DNA of 63,249 bases, counting the filler, from Octopus bimaculoides (taxonomy: Eukaryota), in assembly GCF_001194135.2 (NCBI RefSeq). It is 4 parts of 3 records of this genome, joined end to end, with 100 filler letters (N's around TTAATTAATTAA, not from the genome) between each part and the next. Parts side by side here need not be neighbours in the genome. Positions count along the whole stretch, not along the records: positions 42,739 to 59,061 come from NC_068983.1; positions 59,162 to 63,249 come from NC_069009.1; 2 more parts are not named here. The stretch is one strand, 5' to 3'. Each line of letters starts with the position of its first letter. Within the stretch, counting starts at the first letter, position 1. The notes under the pieces were generated by a model, which was not told the origin of the DNA, did no database searches, and saw only the letters and a program-made list of their open reading frames with translations. The position numbers were made by a program, and so were the translations under genes. This document shows positions 51,581-63,249 of this stretch, piece after piece.

Positions 51581-53826
51581 CTGAGTTCAGTTGAAGGAAC
51601 ACAAATTCTGCAGAAACTTTAATACAAAATTATTTATGTTTATCATTTACAACAATATTGTCACTAATTTGGATGACAGAACAGGTATTTACACAACATT
51701 AACAGTTCAACAATAAGAGAGAGGTGAGTTGTTTGTCTAGTAGCATAACAGCAGAGTTCATTGGAACAATTTGGTTGATTCTTGCAGTGTAGCTGTGTCA
51801 TTGCCACCAATGTTGTTGTCGTTGTTCATTGCCTTGATTGCTATGGACACTGCTCTGGTCTGCTGGTTATTTTTAGTGTGTCTGTCAAACAAAAAGATGC
51901 AAAAAACCAATTTGCTTGATAAGATTCTGTTTATTCAAGGTGGTGAACTGGCAGAAATGTTAGCACATTGGGTGAAATATTTAGTGGTATTTCGTTTGTC
52001 TTTACATTCTGAGTTCAAATTCCATCAAGGTCAACTTAGCCTTTCATCCTTTTGGAGTCGATAAATTAAGTAGCAGTTGTGTACTCTGGTTGATCTAATT
52101 GACTGGCCCACTCCCCAAAAATTTTGGGCCTTGTGTCTAGAGTACAAAAGAAAAGATTCTGTTTATCAGATGTTCCAGTATCAGTGTCTTAGTGACATTA
52201 TCAATATTTGAGTGAATCATATTCATATTTAGTTGTCTTTTGCCTTGGATGCATTGATTTAGATTTGATTTCTAGGTGTTTTGGGACAACCAAATATTCC
52301 TGCTACAAGACTTTCTACGATTGAAATGATCAATAACAGCAAATTGAACGAAATGAGAATGATGCAGGAAGTGCAAGTTTGAAGTGTCTGCAGAAATATG
52401 CATTAGATAGAAAAAACTAGTTAAATGGCATAAATGGTGATCAGCTGAATAGAACTGGAGTACTGACAGAAGATATATTCCATGCACATCACAGTGCTGT
52501 CTTTTACATGAAGTACTGTATATGCTGGAAGTGCAAAAATTTGCATTACCAAGAGTGAAAAAATGCAAGAAAATACAGAATTAGGCCAGTGTATAATTGA
52601 AAGGTGGCTGGTATCTTCTATCTGTGGTAATTTTATGTATAGCTATGACTGTGTTTGTTAAGTGCCTGTGTGCATGTTAAATATATACTTGTCCAGACGT
52701 ATGTGTACGTGAGCAGGAAGAAGAAACCGTGTGAGAAAAAAGAAAGTCATTTTTTAGTTAGTATTTTTTTTTATTTTCAGAATAACTTACTACTTCACTG
52801 GAGAAAGCACTTGTTGACTAACCTTATTCTTGTTATTGGAGCAAATGGAGGCATCAGTGGAAGAATGTGCTGATGTTGGGTTCATTTGATGGAGTGGATG
52901 TTGTTTGAGGTTCAAGATGAGTCAATTTAAGGTGGTTGATGCTGACCAAGTCTTTTTTCAAGAGAAACTTATTGGTTGTGTTGTTGGGTATCGATGGGAT
53001 TGATCAGCAGTGTTTAGTGTGTTTGAGACATGATTGCCAGTGCATTGACAGAGATAGTAGTGCTATGTGTAAGGCTGTGATAACAGAAAAATTGACAAAG
53101 GAAAATACATTCACAGAGACATTTCAGCAGTGTTGTTAAGTGTGTTGTTAAACTCCATAGCATTCTTGATGAGGTGGTATATTGACATCTTGGTGGCTTG
53201 TTGAACTTGCAAAAGTAAACCAAAGTCAGTTTGTGAGAACTGACTAACAGGGGAGTTGGCTGACCAGCTGAATGAAAAGACACAGAGAAACAACTGTGAT
53301 AACTAACCAATGAAGCAGTTGTTTCCTCCCACCACTCTCACTCTCACTAGCTCACTTTCTTTTCTCTACAACACTCTATCTATCATTTTCCCTGCTGGTA
53401 GAATGACGAGAACACAAACTATACAAGGAAAATCTACTATATCTCTCTTTACTTCCCATGCTTTAAAAATTATATACCAGCCCTTTATGGTTTGGTTATA
53501 TAGGAAGTAACAGTAATAAATATTCGTTTACAATTTTGATCACTGTTCTTCTTTAATCATGCACATCTGCAACAGCAATACAATTGGTAACTGCCAACTC
53601 CAACATATATCATAATACATACCATTACAATTGACGACCCTCGGCTACAACAAATAACAATTCGTTACAAATGCTACAACTGGTGATCCCGACTTATAAA
53701 GAACTTGCTGCCCCGACTTAAAAAGAACTCACTAACCCAACGCTAAAAAGAATTACTGCCTTTCAGATACTGCATGTTCCATTACATCATCACATACATT
53801 TGGTGACCTGAGCTAAAAGAAATACG

Positions 53827-54545
53827 GGCAGCTGTCAGAAGTGAAAGTAGAAAAATCTGAGTTGAAATCTGTTTCTTTGGCTACTGACTGGCTGGAGCTA
53901 TAAACCTTCGTTAATTTACATTGTTTATTTACGTATCACCACGCTCATGTTCAGTTTAAACTTTATAAATAAATATATTTTTGCATTATTCATTATTGTT
54001 TTTAAAAATAAATCACATACACCAATCAGCACCACCAATAATGTTGGCTATCAGGTTAAAACACAGTGGGTATTTGGTGCTTTGGAAAGGGATACAAGAA
54101 GATGTTTTTTGGTGGAAGTGGAAGACCAGTCTGCAGACACTCTTTTAGAAATTATACAAGAGCATATATTGTCTGGTACGACTATAATTTCTGACCTCTG
54201 GCATTCATATAATATGCTCAATCAGCTAGGATATTGACATTTGACTGTTAATCATTCCATAAATTTTGTTGATCCGGTAACATTTGCCACAACCAACCAC
54301 ATAGAATGCTTATGGAATCGCAACAAAAGAACAAAAGAGAAAATGGAACAGCCCCAAATTTACTTCAATCACATCTCATTGAATTCATGTGGCGTTATGA
54401 GATAGCTCCGGCCAGTCAGTAGCCAAAGAAACAGATTTCAACTGAAACCAGCAGTAACGTTCCTTGTTTTTAGTCCCAGATTTAACGAAGTTTGACGTCA
54501 GATTTTTCTACTTCCACTTCTGACAGCTAATACCATGACAGTGCC
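53827..54545 (+). mobile_element. Merlin (IS1016/IS1595-related) DNA transposon, internally deleted
   Basis: GGCA...TGCC termini, long TIRs, exact 8-bp TSD GAAATACG (53819-53826, 54546-54553); WVFGALER...TIISDLW..Y...GY*HLTVNHS.NFVDP...TNHIE.LW. Confidence 0.9.
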
Positions 54546-54624
54546 GAAATACGGCCTTTATTTTCAACAGCCTTTGCTAAGCTTCAACAGATGTCATACC
54601 AGACAAAAGAATGACAGCCTTCGT

Positions 54625-54965
54625 CAACACTCTTTACTCTTTTACTTATTTCAGTCATTTGACTACAGCCATGCTGGAGTACCGCCTTTAGTTGAGCAAA
54701 TCAACCCCAGGACTTATTCTTTGTAAGCCTAGTACTTATTCTATCGGTCTCTTTTGCCAAACCGCTAAGTTACAGGGACATAAACACACCATCATCAGTT
54801 ATTAAGCGATGTTGGGGGGACAAACACAGACACAGAAACATACACACACATACATATATACAATGGGCTTATTTCAGTTTCCGTCTACCAAATCCACTCA
54901 CAAGGCTTCTTTGGTTGGCCCAAGGTGCCACATGGTGGGCTACTTACCACACAACCACTCCTGCA
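54625..54965 (-). mobile_element. SINE family A copy with internal deletion in the head
   Basis: Reverse complement matches 33880-34270. Confidence 0.82.
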
Positions 54966-56469
54966 CCTATGCACTAATATGCACCTTTATCAGCTTAATG
55001 TACGGCCTCAATCTAACTCCATACCATCCACTGACAATCAGATTTTGCAGTTACTATTCAAGTGCCACAAATGTACTCCACTTTCAAGCCACAACTTTCA
55101 TTCTACTTGTTACAGAACATGTTACAGAAAGCTCTATACTATGATGCACAGTGTAATTCACTATGATGCAACACTGCCAACGCACAAAGAATTCACTGAC
55201 CATGGAAGCATGGTCAGTTACCTGCCCAGAAACTAACTGGAAGAAATATGGAAGCCCACACATGCAACCTTTTTGGTACACACACACTTCTCGTCTTGTC
55301 CCAATGTACAGACACTGCATTATCTACAAACTTTTCTGCAAATTTAAGACTCTCGTTCTGACTTTCAACAACCTCTTTTTCTTTGCATGCACACCTTTTT
55401 TCACTTTTCTGTAGTTGACTTTTATAAAGGACACTATTTTCAGCTAAGTTTGTCACTTTTGTTTATTCATTTGTATACTGTTCCTTCCTTTTGCTGCACC
55501 ACACAATGTTCATACACACATGCATGCTGACACTGTCACATTCATGCACTACATCATGCCTTTCTTGCTTGTTTCTCATCCTCTCAGTGCCCTTGTAGAT
55601 GCAACTTACCTCTATTAGACCCTTGGTCGGTCATGTATTTAATGGAGAGAGTGGTTTGTACAACGCGCCAGCATGCCTCACTTTCACTTTCAAAGCATTC
55701 AATACCTCAATCACTGGCATATTCAACACTGTATTTGTAATCAATGCACTAGCATACTGCCTCAGCCTTGCACCTAGTTATGCACATGCATGTACCTTTC
55801 CTTGGTGCCTGGCCTTGTGCATGCATTTACACACACGCACACACCTCTATTTTTCCCTATTTGCTTTGTTTTCAACATGTCTGTACCCACACAGCGCTTT
55901 TCCCGACTAGATGCACGTCAGATGTTCACATGCTCTCTGCACTCATGTTTAGACATAACTTCCCTCTGTTAGACCCCTGTTTGGTCATGTAATAAATGGA
56001 GAAAGTTACCTGTCTCATGCATCACTCCAGCATGCCACACTGTCTTGCTAACCTCAACAATTATCCATGACAACAGCGCCAGACACATTTTGCTTCTGAA
56101 AAGCCTTCAAGGCATTTCACACACTGCAATCTTGCAAGAAAATCTATGATATCATGATATCACTCGCTCACTTCAGCCTATTTTACAGTAAATTTTAATA
56201 TGTGCACCTGCACCCGCTAACTCATCCCCACACTGCCCAGTCACTGACTGCACATTTTTACATGCAAAGCAACACTGCTATTCAAACCTTTTGGAATAGA
56301 AAATTGTCCGGTATACACTTCAATGATATTCTCTCATTGATATGTGAAATTTTCTTAGCATGTACAATTCGCTACATATCCCTATCACTAATATAAGTAA
56401 AATTCCTAGTGGACATATGTGCCTTGATTAGTAACCATTTTGATACAGACTATATAGAAAGACTACTAT

Positions 56470-56800
56470 ATTAAATTGGGCAAATCTTCCTTGCTTGTGC
56501 CCTGGTTAGCTTCAAGCCATGAAATAGCTCCATTGGTACTGCACCCCCCCCCCATGTCTTCATTGATCTTTCTCAGCATATGTTTGCTTGCCAGCCCTAT
56601 TTCTGATTACGCTGGATTAATTAGGTGGCACTTGGAGTTAGAGGCAAAGTTTGGTCTGTGGTCTTTGATGGTGAATAAGGCATTCCTCTTAGCTAATGCT
56701 TCCACCCTATCAGCTATACCTAGACTGCTGGCTTCGTTGTTGATACTAGTATATGTGTGTAGGGGGAGCTTGTCTATATTTCTGTGTATTGTTATCCTCT
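56470..56800 (-). mobile_element. Penelope-like element RT N-terminal fragment
   Basis: ALFTIKDHRPNF...CHLINPA*SEIGLASK..L.KIN. Confidence 0.75.
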
Positions 56801-56846
56801 AGAAGCTGATCATATATACATACACATATGCATATATATGATTGTG

Positions 56847-56889
<43 letters not shown>

Positions 56890-58660
56890 AAACCTCTGTA
56901 CCTGGCTTTCATTGACATGGAGAAAGCCTTCGACAGGGTCCCCTGATCTCTCATCTAGTGGTCAATGAGGAAACTAGGGATAGAAGAATGGCTAGTGAGA
57001 GCTGTGCGAGCCATGAACAGAGACGCTGTCAGTAAGGTGAGGGTTGGCAATGAGTACAGTGAAGAATTCCGGGTGGAGGTAGGGGTCCACCAAGGTTCTG
57101 TCCTCAGGCCCCTCCTATTTATCATAATCCTCCAGGCTATAACACAGGAATTCAAGACAGGATGCCCCTGGGANNNNNNNNNNAGGGGTCCACCAAGGTT
57201 CTGTCCTCAGGCCCCTCCTATTTATCATAATCCTCCAGGCTATAACACAGGAATTCAAGACAGGATGCCCCTGGGAGCTCCTCTATGCTGATGACCTTGC
57301 ACTAATTGCTGAGTCACTATCAGAACTAGAGGAGAAGTTTCAGGTGTGGAAGCAAGGACTAGAATCGAAGGGCCTTAGAGTCAACCTAGCTAAAACCAAG
57401 TCCTAATAAGTAGGAAGGCAGACAAAACACAAACGCCTTCAGGTAGATGGCACTGCTCGATCTGTAGAAAAGGCATGGGTAGAAACTCTATAAGATGCAC
57501 CCAATGCAAGCTATGGACACATAAGAGGTGCAGCAATATCAAAGGAAGGTTAACTAGGAAGTAAGTTTTCGTTTGTAGCAGATGTTCAGGAGCTATAAAC
57601 ACTGTGAATGTGCAGAAAACAACTTCTGCCACATTCCAGGGAGAAAAACTAGAAGTAGTTGATAGCTTCCGCTATCTTGGTGACCAAATTAGTAGTGGGG
57701 GTGGGTGCGCTGAAAGCATAGCTGCTAGAATAAGAATAGCCTGGGAAAAGTCCAGAGAGATCTTACCTCTGCTGGCGACAAAGGGTCTCTCGCTCAGAGT
57801 AAAAGGCAGACTGTATAACGCATGTGTACGAACAGCCATGCTTCATGGCAGTGAAACATGGGCCGTGACTGCTGAGGACATGCGTAGGTTCGCAAGGAAT
57901 GAAGCCAGTATGCTCTGATGGATGTGTNNNNNNNNNNNNNNNNNNNNNNNNNNNNNNNNNNNNNNNNNNNNNNNNNNNNNNNNNNNNNNNNNNNNNNNNN
58001 NNNNNNNNNNNNNNNNNNNNNNNNNNNNNNNNNNNNNNNNNNNNNNNNNNNNNNNNNNNNNNNNNNNNNNNNNNNNNNNNNNNNNNNNNNNNTTGGAAAT
58101 ATGCTGTGCGTGAGAAGACCCGGCAAGCCAAGTAAGACCTAAATCGAAGGCCTCAGACAGCCCACTTATACGTACCTTCCTTCATCGGACAATAAACTCC
58201 ACTTGCGAAGACCTGTTGAGGCAAGTGAAATCGAAATCGAATTAAATTCGACAACTGGCACCCATGCCAACGTCGTCTCCTTTATTGGAAACGAAACTCG
58301 GCTTGCGAAGACCTATTGGGGAAAGCGAAAGCGAAACCATCAATGGCACATGTAAAGACATTCGAGCGAGTTCGTTGCCAGTGTCGCCGAACTGGCTCCT
58401 GTGCAGGTGGCACGTAAAATACACCATTTTGAGCGTGGCCGTTGCCAGTACTGCCTGAGTGGCCTTCGTGCCGGTGGCACGTAAAAGCACCCACTACACT
58501 CTCAGAGTGGTTGGCGTTAGGAAGGGCATCCAGCTGTAGAAACTCTGCCAAATCAGATTGGAGCCTGGTGTAGCCATCTGGTTTCACCAGTCCTCAGTCA
58601 AATCGTCCAACCCATGCTAGCATGGAAAGCAGACGTTAAACGATGATGATGATGATGATG
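56890..58660 (+). mobile_element. 5'-truncated, degraded RTE-clade LINE (RT domain, ORF C-terminus, ~0.5-kb 3' UTR, (GAT)n tail)
   Basis: KPLYLAFIDMEKAFDRVP, GVHQGSVL.PLLFII, LLYADDL, FRYLG, HGSETW; ORF ends WKYAVREKTRQAK* at 58135; stops and frameshifts present. Confidence 0.92.
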
Positions 58661-59061
58661 TATATATAGGTTTCTTGTTTTGTCAGAAAAAAGTGTATAC
58701 ATACATATTACACACACACACACACGTCTGTATACCTGTATATATATGTATATGCATGTATGTGTGTGTATATGTATATATATATATATATCGACTTAAA
58801 TGAGCTTAAAACTGATCCATTTAAAATACTTTATTATAATAATAATAATGAAAATGACCTATGATCATTTCGATGTTTAGTAGAAAGTGGGTTATACATC
58901 TTTAGAGGTGAGAATAACGAGCTGTCGAGTATAAGACCGAAAGATGTAGGGACAGCTTTTAAACACACGTCCATGCTCAATCGCTGGCCAGCGTGAAAGA
59001 GAATGAATTGAGCGGGAAACGCTTGCTTGTTTTATTCTACGCATGCGCAGGCGTTACTACA

Positions 59062-59161
59062 NNNNNNNNNNNNNNNNNNNNNNNNNNNNNNNNNNNNNNN
59101 NNNNNTTAATTAATTAANNNNNNNNNNNNNNNNNNNNNNNNNNNNNNNNNNNNNNNNNNNN
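59062..59161. other. Artificial scaffold-joining spacer N44-TTAATTAATTAA-N44
   Basis: Linker at 59106-59117, 44 N each side. Confidence 0.95.
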
Positions 59162-59388
59162 ATATATATATATATATAGATAGCTAAATAGATATATAAG
59201 CACACTCACACATTCATATATACACCCCACCTCTATAATACATTAAAAGTTAGTTTGAATCTTGCTTGCTTACTTGCAATGTTACCCAGCCAAATTGATG
59301 CATAATGGAAAAATACTATAAATTAAGTTTACCCTGAAATGTTAATACAAATGGAACAAAACAAGTTTCGCAGTAGTTATTGCAATAA

Positions 59389-59495
59389 TTGGCTGCTATT
59401 TCTAGCATGCCCTGCTACCACGTAACAGCTATTTGCGATAGAGGACCCAAAATACCTGTTATGTGGTAGCAGAGCATGCAAGAAATAGCAGCCAA
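59389..59495. repeat. 107-nt hairpin, 40-bp arms (37/40 complementary)
   Basis: TTGGCTGCTATTTCTAGCATGCCCTGCTACCACGTAACAG pairs with 59456-59495. Confidence 0.92.
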
Positions 59496-60144
59496 ATCTT
59501 TCCTTTTCTGGGGAAAGGAGCCGTTTACGCATGATTTCAATGTCATATTCGATGAAAGCATGTGAAATAATCTGGAAAAGAAAAACCCATTAAACAAAAC
59601 TCCATTGCTAGGAAACTCAGAGTTTCCCAGTGACGCGAAGGGTCACGAGTAGTCTAGTATAGATATATACACATGCTTTCACATTCATATATATATATAT
59701 ATATATATATACAACAGCCTCCTCTCTCCATGGGAAAGGCAAAGGCTGATACAGCTTGGCACCAGTGATGTCGCAAATCATTTCTACAGGTGAGTGAACT
59801 GGAGCAACGTGAAACAAAGTGTCTTGCTCAAGAACACAACACACAGCCTGGTCTGGGAATCAAACTCACTGCCTCATGACTGTGAGCCCGATGCACTCAG
59901 ACAACCCAAACATCATTGATCTCTACCTCTTCTTTCAACCTAATCTATACCAAAGCATAAACATCTCTGCATGTATTGGGTCATCAAATCACTGGCCAGT
60001 CTGGAGTCACAGTTGAACACATATGCCCAAGGTTCCACACATATACATACTATACATATGCACACACAATAGAACAGTCACCAAAATACTACCACCATTT
60101 CCACAAATACCACTGCTCTCACACTACTACTACTACTACTTCTA

Positions 60145-60512
60145 CTAGTTGGCACTCCGTCGTTTACGACGTCGAGGGTTCCAGTTGATCCGATCAACGG
60201 AACAGCCTGCTCATGAAATTAACGTGCAAGTGGCTGAGCACTCCACAGACACGTGTACCTTTAACGTAGTTCTCGGGGATATTCAGCGTGACACAGAGTG
60301 TGACAAGGCTGACCCTTTGAATTACAGGCACAACAGAAACAGGAAGTAAGAGTGAGAGAAAGCTGTGGTGGAAGAGTACAGCAGGGTTCGCCACCATCCC
60401 CTGCCGGAGCCTCGTGGAGCTTTTAGGTGTTTTCGCTCAATAAACACTCACAACGCCCGGTCTGGGAATCAAAACCGCGAGTCCGCTGCCCTAACCACTG
60501 GGCCATTGCGCC
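60145..60512 (-). mobile_element. SINE family C variant in a COPS4 intron
   Basis: 3' half matches 27250-27430; tRNA-like head TGGCCCAGTGGTTAGGG on the minus strand. Confidence 0.75.
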
Positions 60513-60969
60513 TCCACACTACTACTACTACTACTACTACTATATCATCACTACATACACAGATCACTACTCNNNNNNNNNNNNNNNNNNNNNNNNNNNN
60601 NNNNNNNNNNNNNNNNNNNNNNNNNNNNNNNNNNNNNNNNNNNNNNNNNNNNNNNNNNNNNNNNNNNNNNNNNNNNNNNNNNNNNNNNNNNNNNNNNNNN
60701 NNNNNNNNNNNNNNNNNNNNNNNNNNNNNNNNNNNNNNNNNNNNNNNNNNNNNNNNNNNNNNGGAGCCTCGTGGAGCTTTTAGGTGTTTTCGCTCAATAA
60801 ACACTCACAACGCCCGGTCTGGGAATCAAAACCGCGAGTCCGCTGCCCTAACCACTGGGCCATTGCGCCTCCACACTACTACTACTACTACTACTACTAT
60901 ATCATCACTACATACACAGATCACTACTCCCACCACCACCACCAATACCACTAGTAATCAGAAACTCAC

Positions 60970-61055
60970 CATCAGCAGTTATCGCTTTCTGGTGTTGTTG
61001 CAGCATTTCAGAAAACTCTTGGAGGTCATTGCTTCGGATGATACGGTCCAAGTAC
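60970..61055 (-). CDS. COPS4: COP9 signalosome subunit 4, next exon (YLDRIIRSNDLQEFSEMLQQHQKAITAD)
   Basis: Continues the previous exon across AT|G (Met); polypyrimidine TTAG acceptor, GTGAGT donor, 86 bp. Confidence 0.96.
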
Positions 61056-61121
61056 CTAAGGAAGAGAAAAGTATTAGGGGGTCAGTGAATAGGAAGGGCA
61101 GGGGGAGAGAGATGGATGGAT

Positions 61122-61556
61122 AGATAGATAGACAGACAGATTGATAAATAGATGGACAGACAGATTGATAAATAAATAGACAGATTGATAAATAAATAGA
61201 CAGATTGATAAATAAATAGACAGACAGATAGATAAATGGACAGACAGATAAATAGTTGGACAGACGGCTAGATAGACAGACATATGGACTGATAGATAAA
61301 TAGATGGACAGACAGACGTATTGATAGATAAATAGACAGACAGATAGATGGATGGAGAGACAGACAGATTGATAAATAGATGGAGAGACAGATAGACAGA
61401 TGGAGAGACAGACAGATAGATGCACAGACAGACAGATTGATAAACAGATGGAGACAGTCAGACAGACCGATAAATAGATGGATGGAGAGGCAGATAGATA
61501 TATAGATGGACAGACAGACGAACAGACAGACAGACATACTGACAAATAGACAGACA
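61122..61556. repeat. Degenerate (GATA/GACA)n tract in the COPS4 intron
   Basis: Direct inspection. Purer (GATA)n at 8568-8690 and 17657-17718; (ATT)n at 9198-9277; (CT)n at 12973-13042. Confidence 0.92.
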
Positions 61557-61710
61557 CCAGGAAGTAATTTAGAGGGTAGGAGGAAAGAGTATGGAAATGA
61601 TCTGTTTTTTAAGGTTACAAGAAGACACCCACTATAGGAGAGTAAGTAAAACAGTTGTTTTTCCTAGATATTGATGTGTTGGGGGCCAATAAAGAGGAGA
61701 GAAACTTTTT

Positions 61711-62190
61711 AAAGTGATCTAAATTAAAACCTTCCATCAAAAAACTTTCATGCTAGGTTAAGTCCCAAACACCATCTCAATGGCAAATATACTTTAACTA
61801 AATTCAACATTACTTTCAAAATTAATTGAAACAAAAGCATTATACTTCAAGACATATATGGTAACAAAAGGGTTAAAGTGATCTAAATTAAAGCCTTCCA
61901 TCAAAAACCTTTCATGCTAGGTTAAGTCCCAAACACCATCTCAATGGCAAATATACTTTAACTAAATTCAACATTACTTTCAAAATTAATTGAAACAAAA
62001 GCATTATACTTCAATACATATATGGTAACAAAAGGGTTAAAGTGATCTAAATTAAAGCCTTCCACCAAAATTTCATGTTAATTTATGTTCTATACACTAG
62101 CGTGATAATGACAAAGTTATTCTTCAATGTTCACAAAAATAATTGAAACAGAGCGTGTGTTAGACAATAGAAATATGGTAACAAAAGAAT
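61711..62190. repeat. ~163-bp tandem repeat (two near-identical units + one diverged) derived from MITE family 2
   Basis: Unit runs TTAAAGTGATCTAAATT...GGTAACAAAAGGG. Confidence 0.85.
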
Positions 62191-62391
62191 TAAATTCTCT
62201 ATGTAATATAGACTATACTCTGATTGTGTTAGAGAACATGGATAGCAGAGAGATTCCCTGAGTCCTGTCTATATAGACTTTCAGGAGATGTGAGTGAGTC
62301 TCGTTTGACCAAGTAGGTTGATAGCTTCTTTAACCTTTTTGATATCAACCTGTCTGAACCTGTTTCAAGTTCTATGATAGAAATTTCCTTA

Positions 62392-62808
62392 TGCATACCT
62401 TTCCTTCTTCATTGGACATGAAACTCGGCTTGCAAAGACCTGTTGGAGGCAAGCGAAAGCGAAATCGTGATGGCACCTGTGCCCAGCGTCGCCTTTCTGA
62501 CACTTGTAAAGACTTTCGAGCGAGATCGTTGCCAGTGCCGCTGGACTGGCTCCTGTCCAGGTGGCACGTAAAATACACCATTTTGAGCGTGGCCGTTGCC
62601 AGTACCACCTGACTGGCCTCTGTGCCGGTGGCATGTAACAGCACCCACTACACTCTTGGAGTGGTTGGCGTTAGGAAGGGCATCCAGCTGTAGAAACTCT
62701 GCCAAATCAGATTGGAGCCTGGTGTAGCCATCTGGTTCACCAGTCCTCAGTCAAATCGTCCAACCCATGCTAGCATGGAAAGCGGACGTTAAACGATGAT
62801 GATGATGA
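62392..62808 (+). mobile_element. RTE 3'-UTR-only copy nested in a piggyBac-like MITE
   Basis: Matches 58160-58660 with one subrepeat missing; MITE left end at ~62331, right end AAAGGGTTAA at ~63063. Confidence 0.85.
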
Positions 62809-63148
62809 TCAAAATTGAAACTTTGTTGTGTCTAGGGAGAGTTATTATGCCAATATAATTAACACACGCTGGTTCAATCCCACTCATTTATTAAAAATCC
62901 AAATTCTCATAAAAGAATCTTGTAAACCAAATTACAAAAACCAGATTAAAATCTTCCATCAAAACTTTTATGTCCCAGCATGGCCACAGTCAAATGACTG
63001 AAAAAAAAGCGAAAGAATAAAGTCTGCATTATACAACAGAAATACGGTAACAAAAGGGTTAAATTGCCTATGTCTTACTGGGACCATATTGTGTGTGTTT
63101 GTGGAGAGGGGGGGGGGGCAAAGAAACAAAAATAGTAACAACACTCAC

Positions 63149-63233
63149 ATTTTCTCCAGTATGTTATAGGCAGGTAACCGTTGACAACGCTCATCTTTAA
63201 ACAATGTGGCCAGCATGCGTGACCTCTGTTGAC
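63149..63233 (-). CDS. COPS4: COP9 signalosome subunit 4, internal exon ([28 protein letters not shown])
   Basis: Near-identical to recalled CSN4 sequence; TTACAG acceptor, GTGAGT donor, 85 bp; missed by the ORF track. Confidence 0.96.
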
Positions 63234-63249
63234 CTGTAACGGGCGACAA

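Noticed and set aside
57085-57275. Duplicated RT segment in the RTE element
   Set aside because: Exact duplicate around a 10-N gap; artefact.
59039-59061. NRF1-like GCATGCGCA plus ACTACA promoter motifs
   Set aside because: Short motifs truncated by the scaffold end; cannot be tied to a gene.
60405-60930. Tandem duplication behind the 252-aa ORF 60365-61123
   Set aside because: Exact duplicate across a gap; the ORF is SINE + (ACT)n and antisense to the real COPS4 exon.

Overview
AT-rich, microsatellite- and SINE-dense animal DNA. The repeat families look like an octopus genome; the taxon is inferred, not proven. The window is NOT one locus. Three identical 100-bp spacers (N44-TTAATTAATTAA-N44, stop codons in all six frames) at 25165-25264, 42639-42738 and 59062-59161 join four separate scaffolds. 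Supported genes, all partial: four phase-compatible exons of an unrecognised protein (+, 26651-38581), the last three exons of UNC-45 (+, 43868-48991) and two internal exons of COPS4/CSN4 (-, 63233-60970). Most of the rest is mobile DNA: at least three tRNA-derived SINE families, RTE and Hero-like LINE pieces, Penelope-like fragments, two Gypsy families, a Merlin element with intact TSD, Tc1/mariner, hAT and piggyBac-like MITEs, and a HINE-like element. The best novelty candidate is a composite element present twice head-to-head at 27.97-28.47 kb: a tRNA-derived Pol III head, an (AAT)n tract and a minimal type I hammerhead ribozyme. There are also several long intronic or intergenic hairpins and an old ~30-bp degenerate tandem array. 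I saw no CRISPR array, rRNA or intact tRNA gene. Almost all long ORFs in the supplied track are microsatellite or N-gap artefacts.
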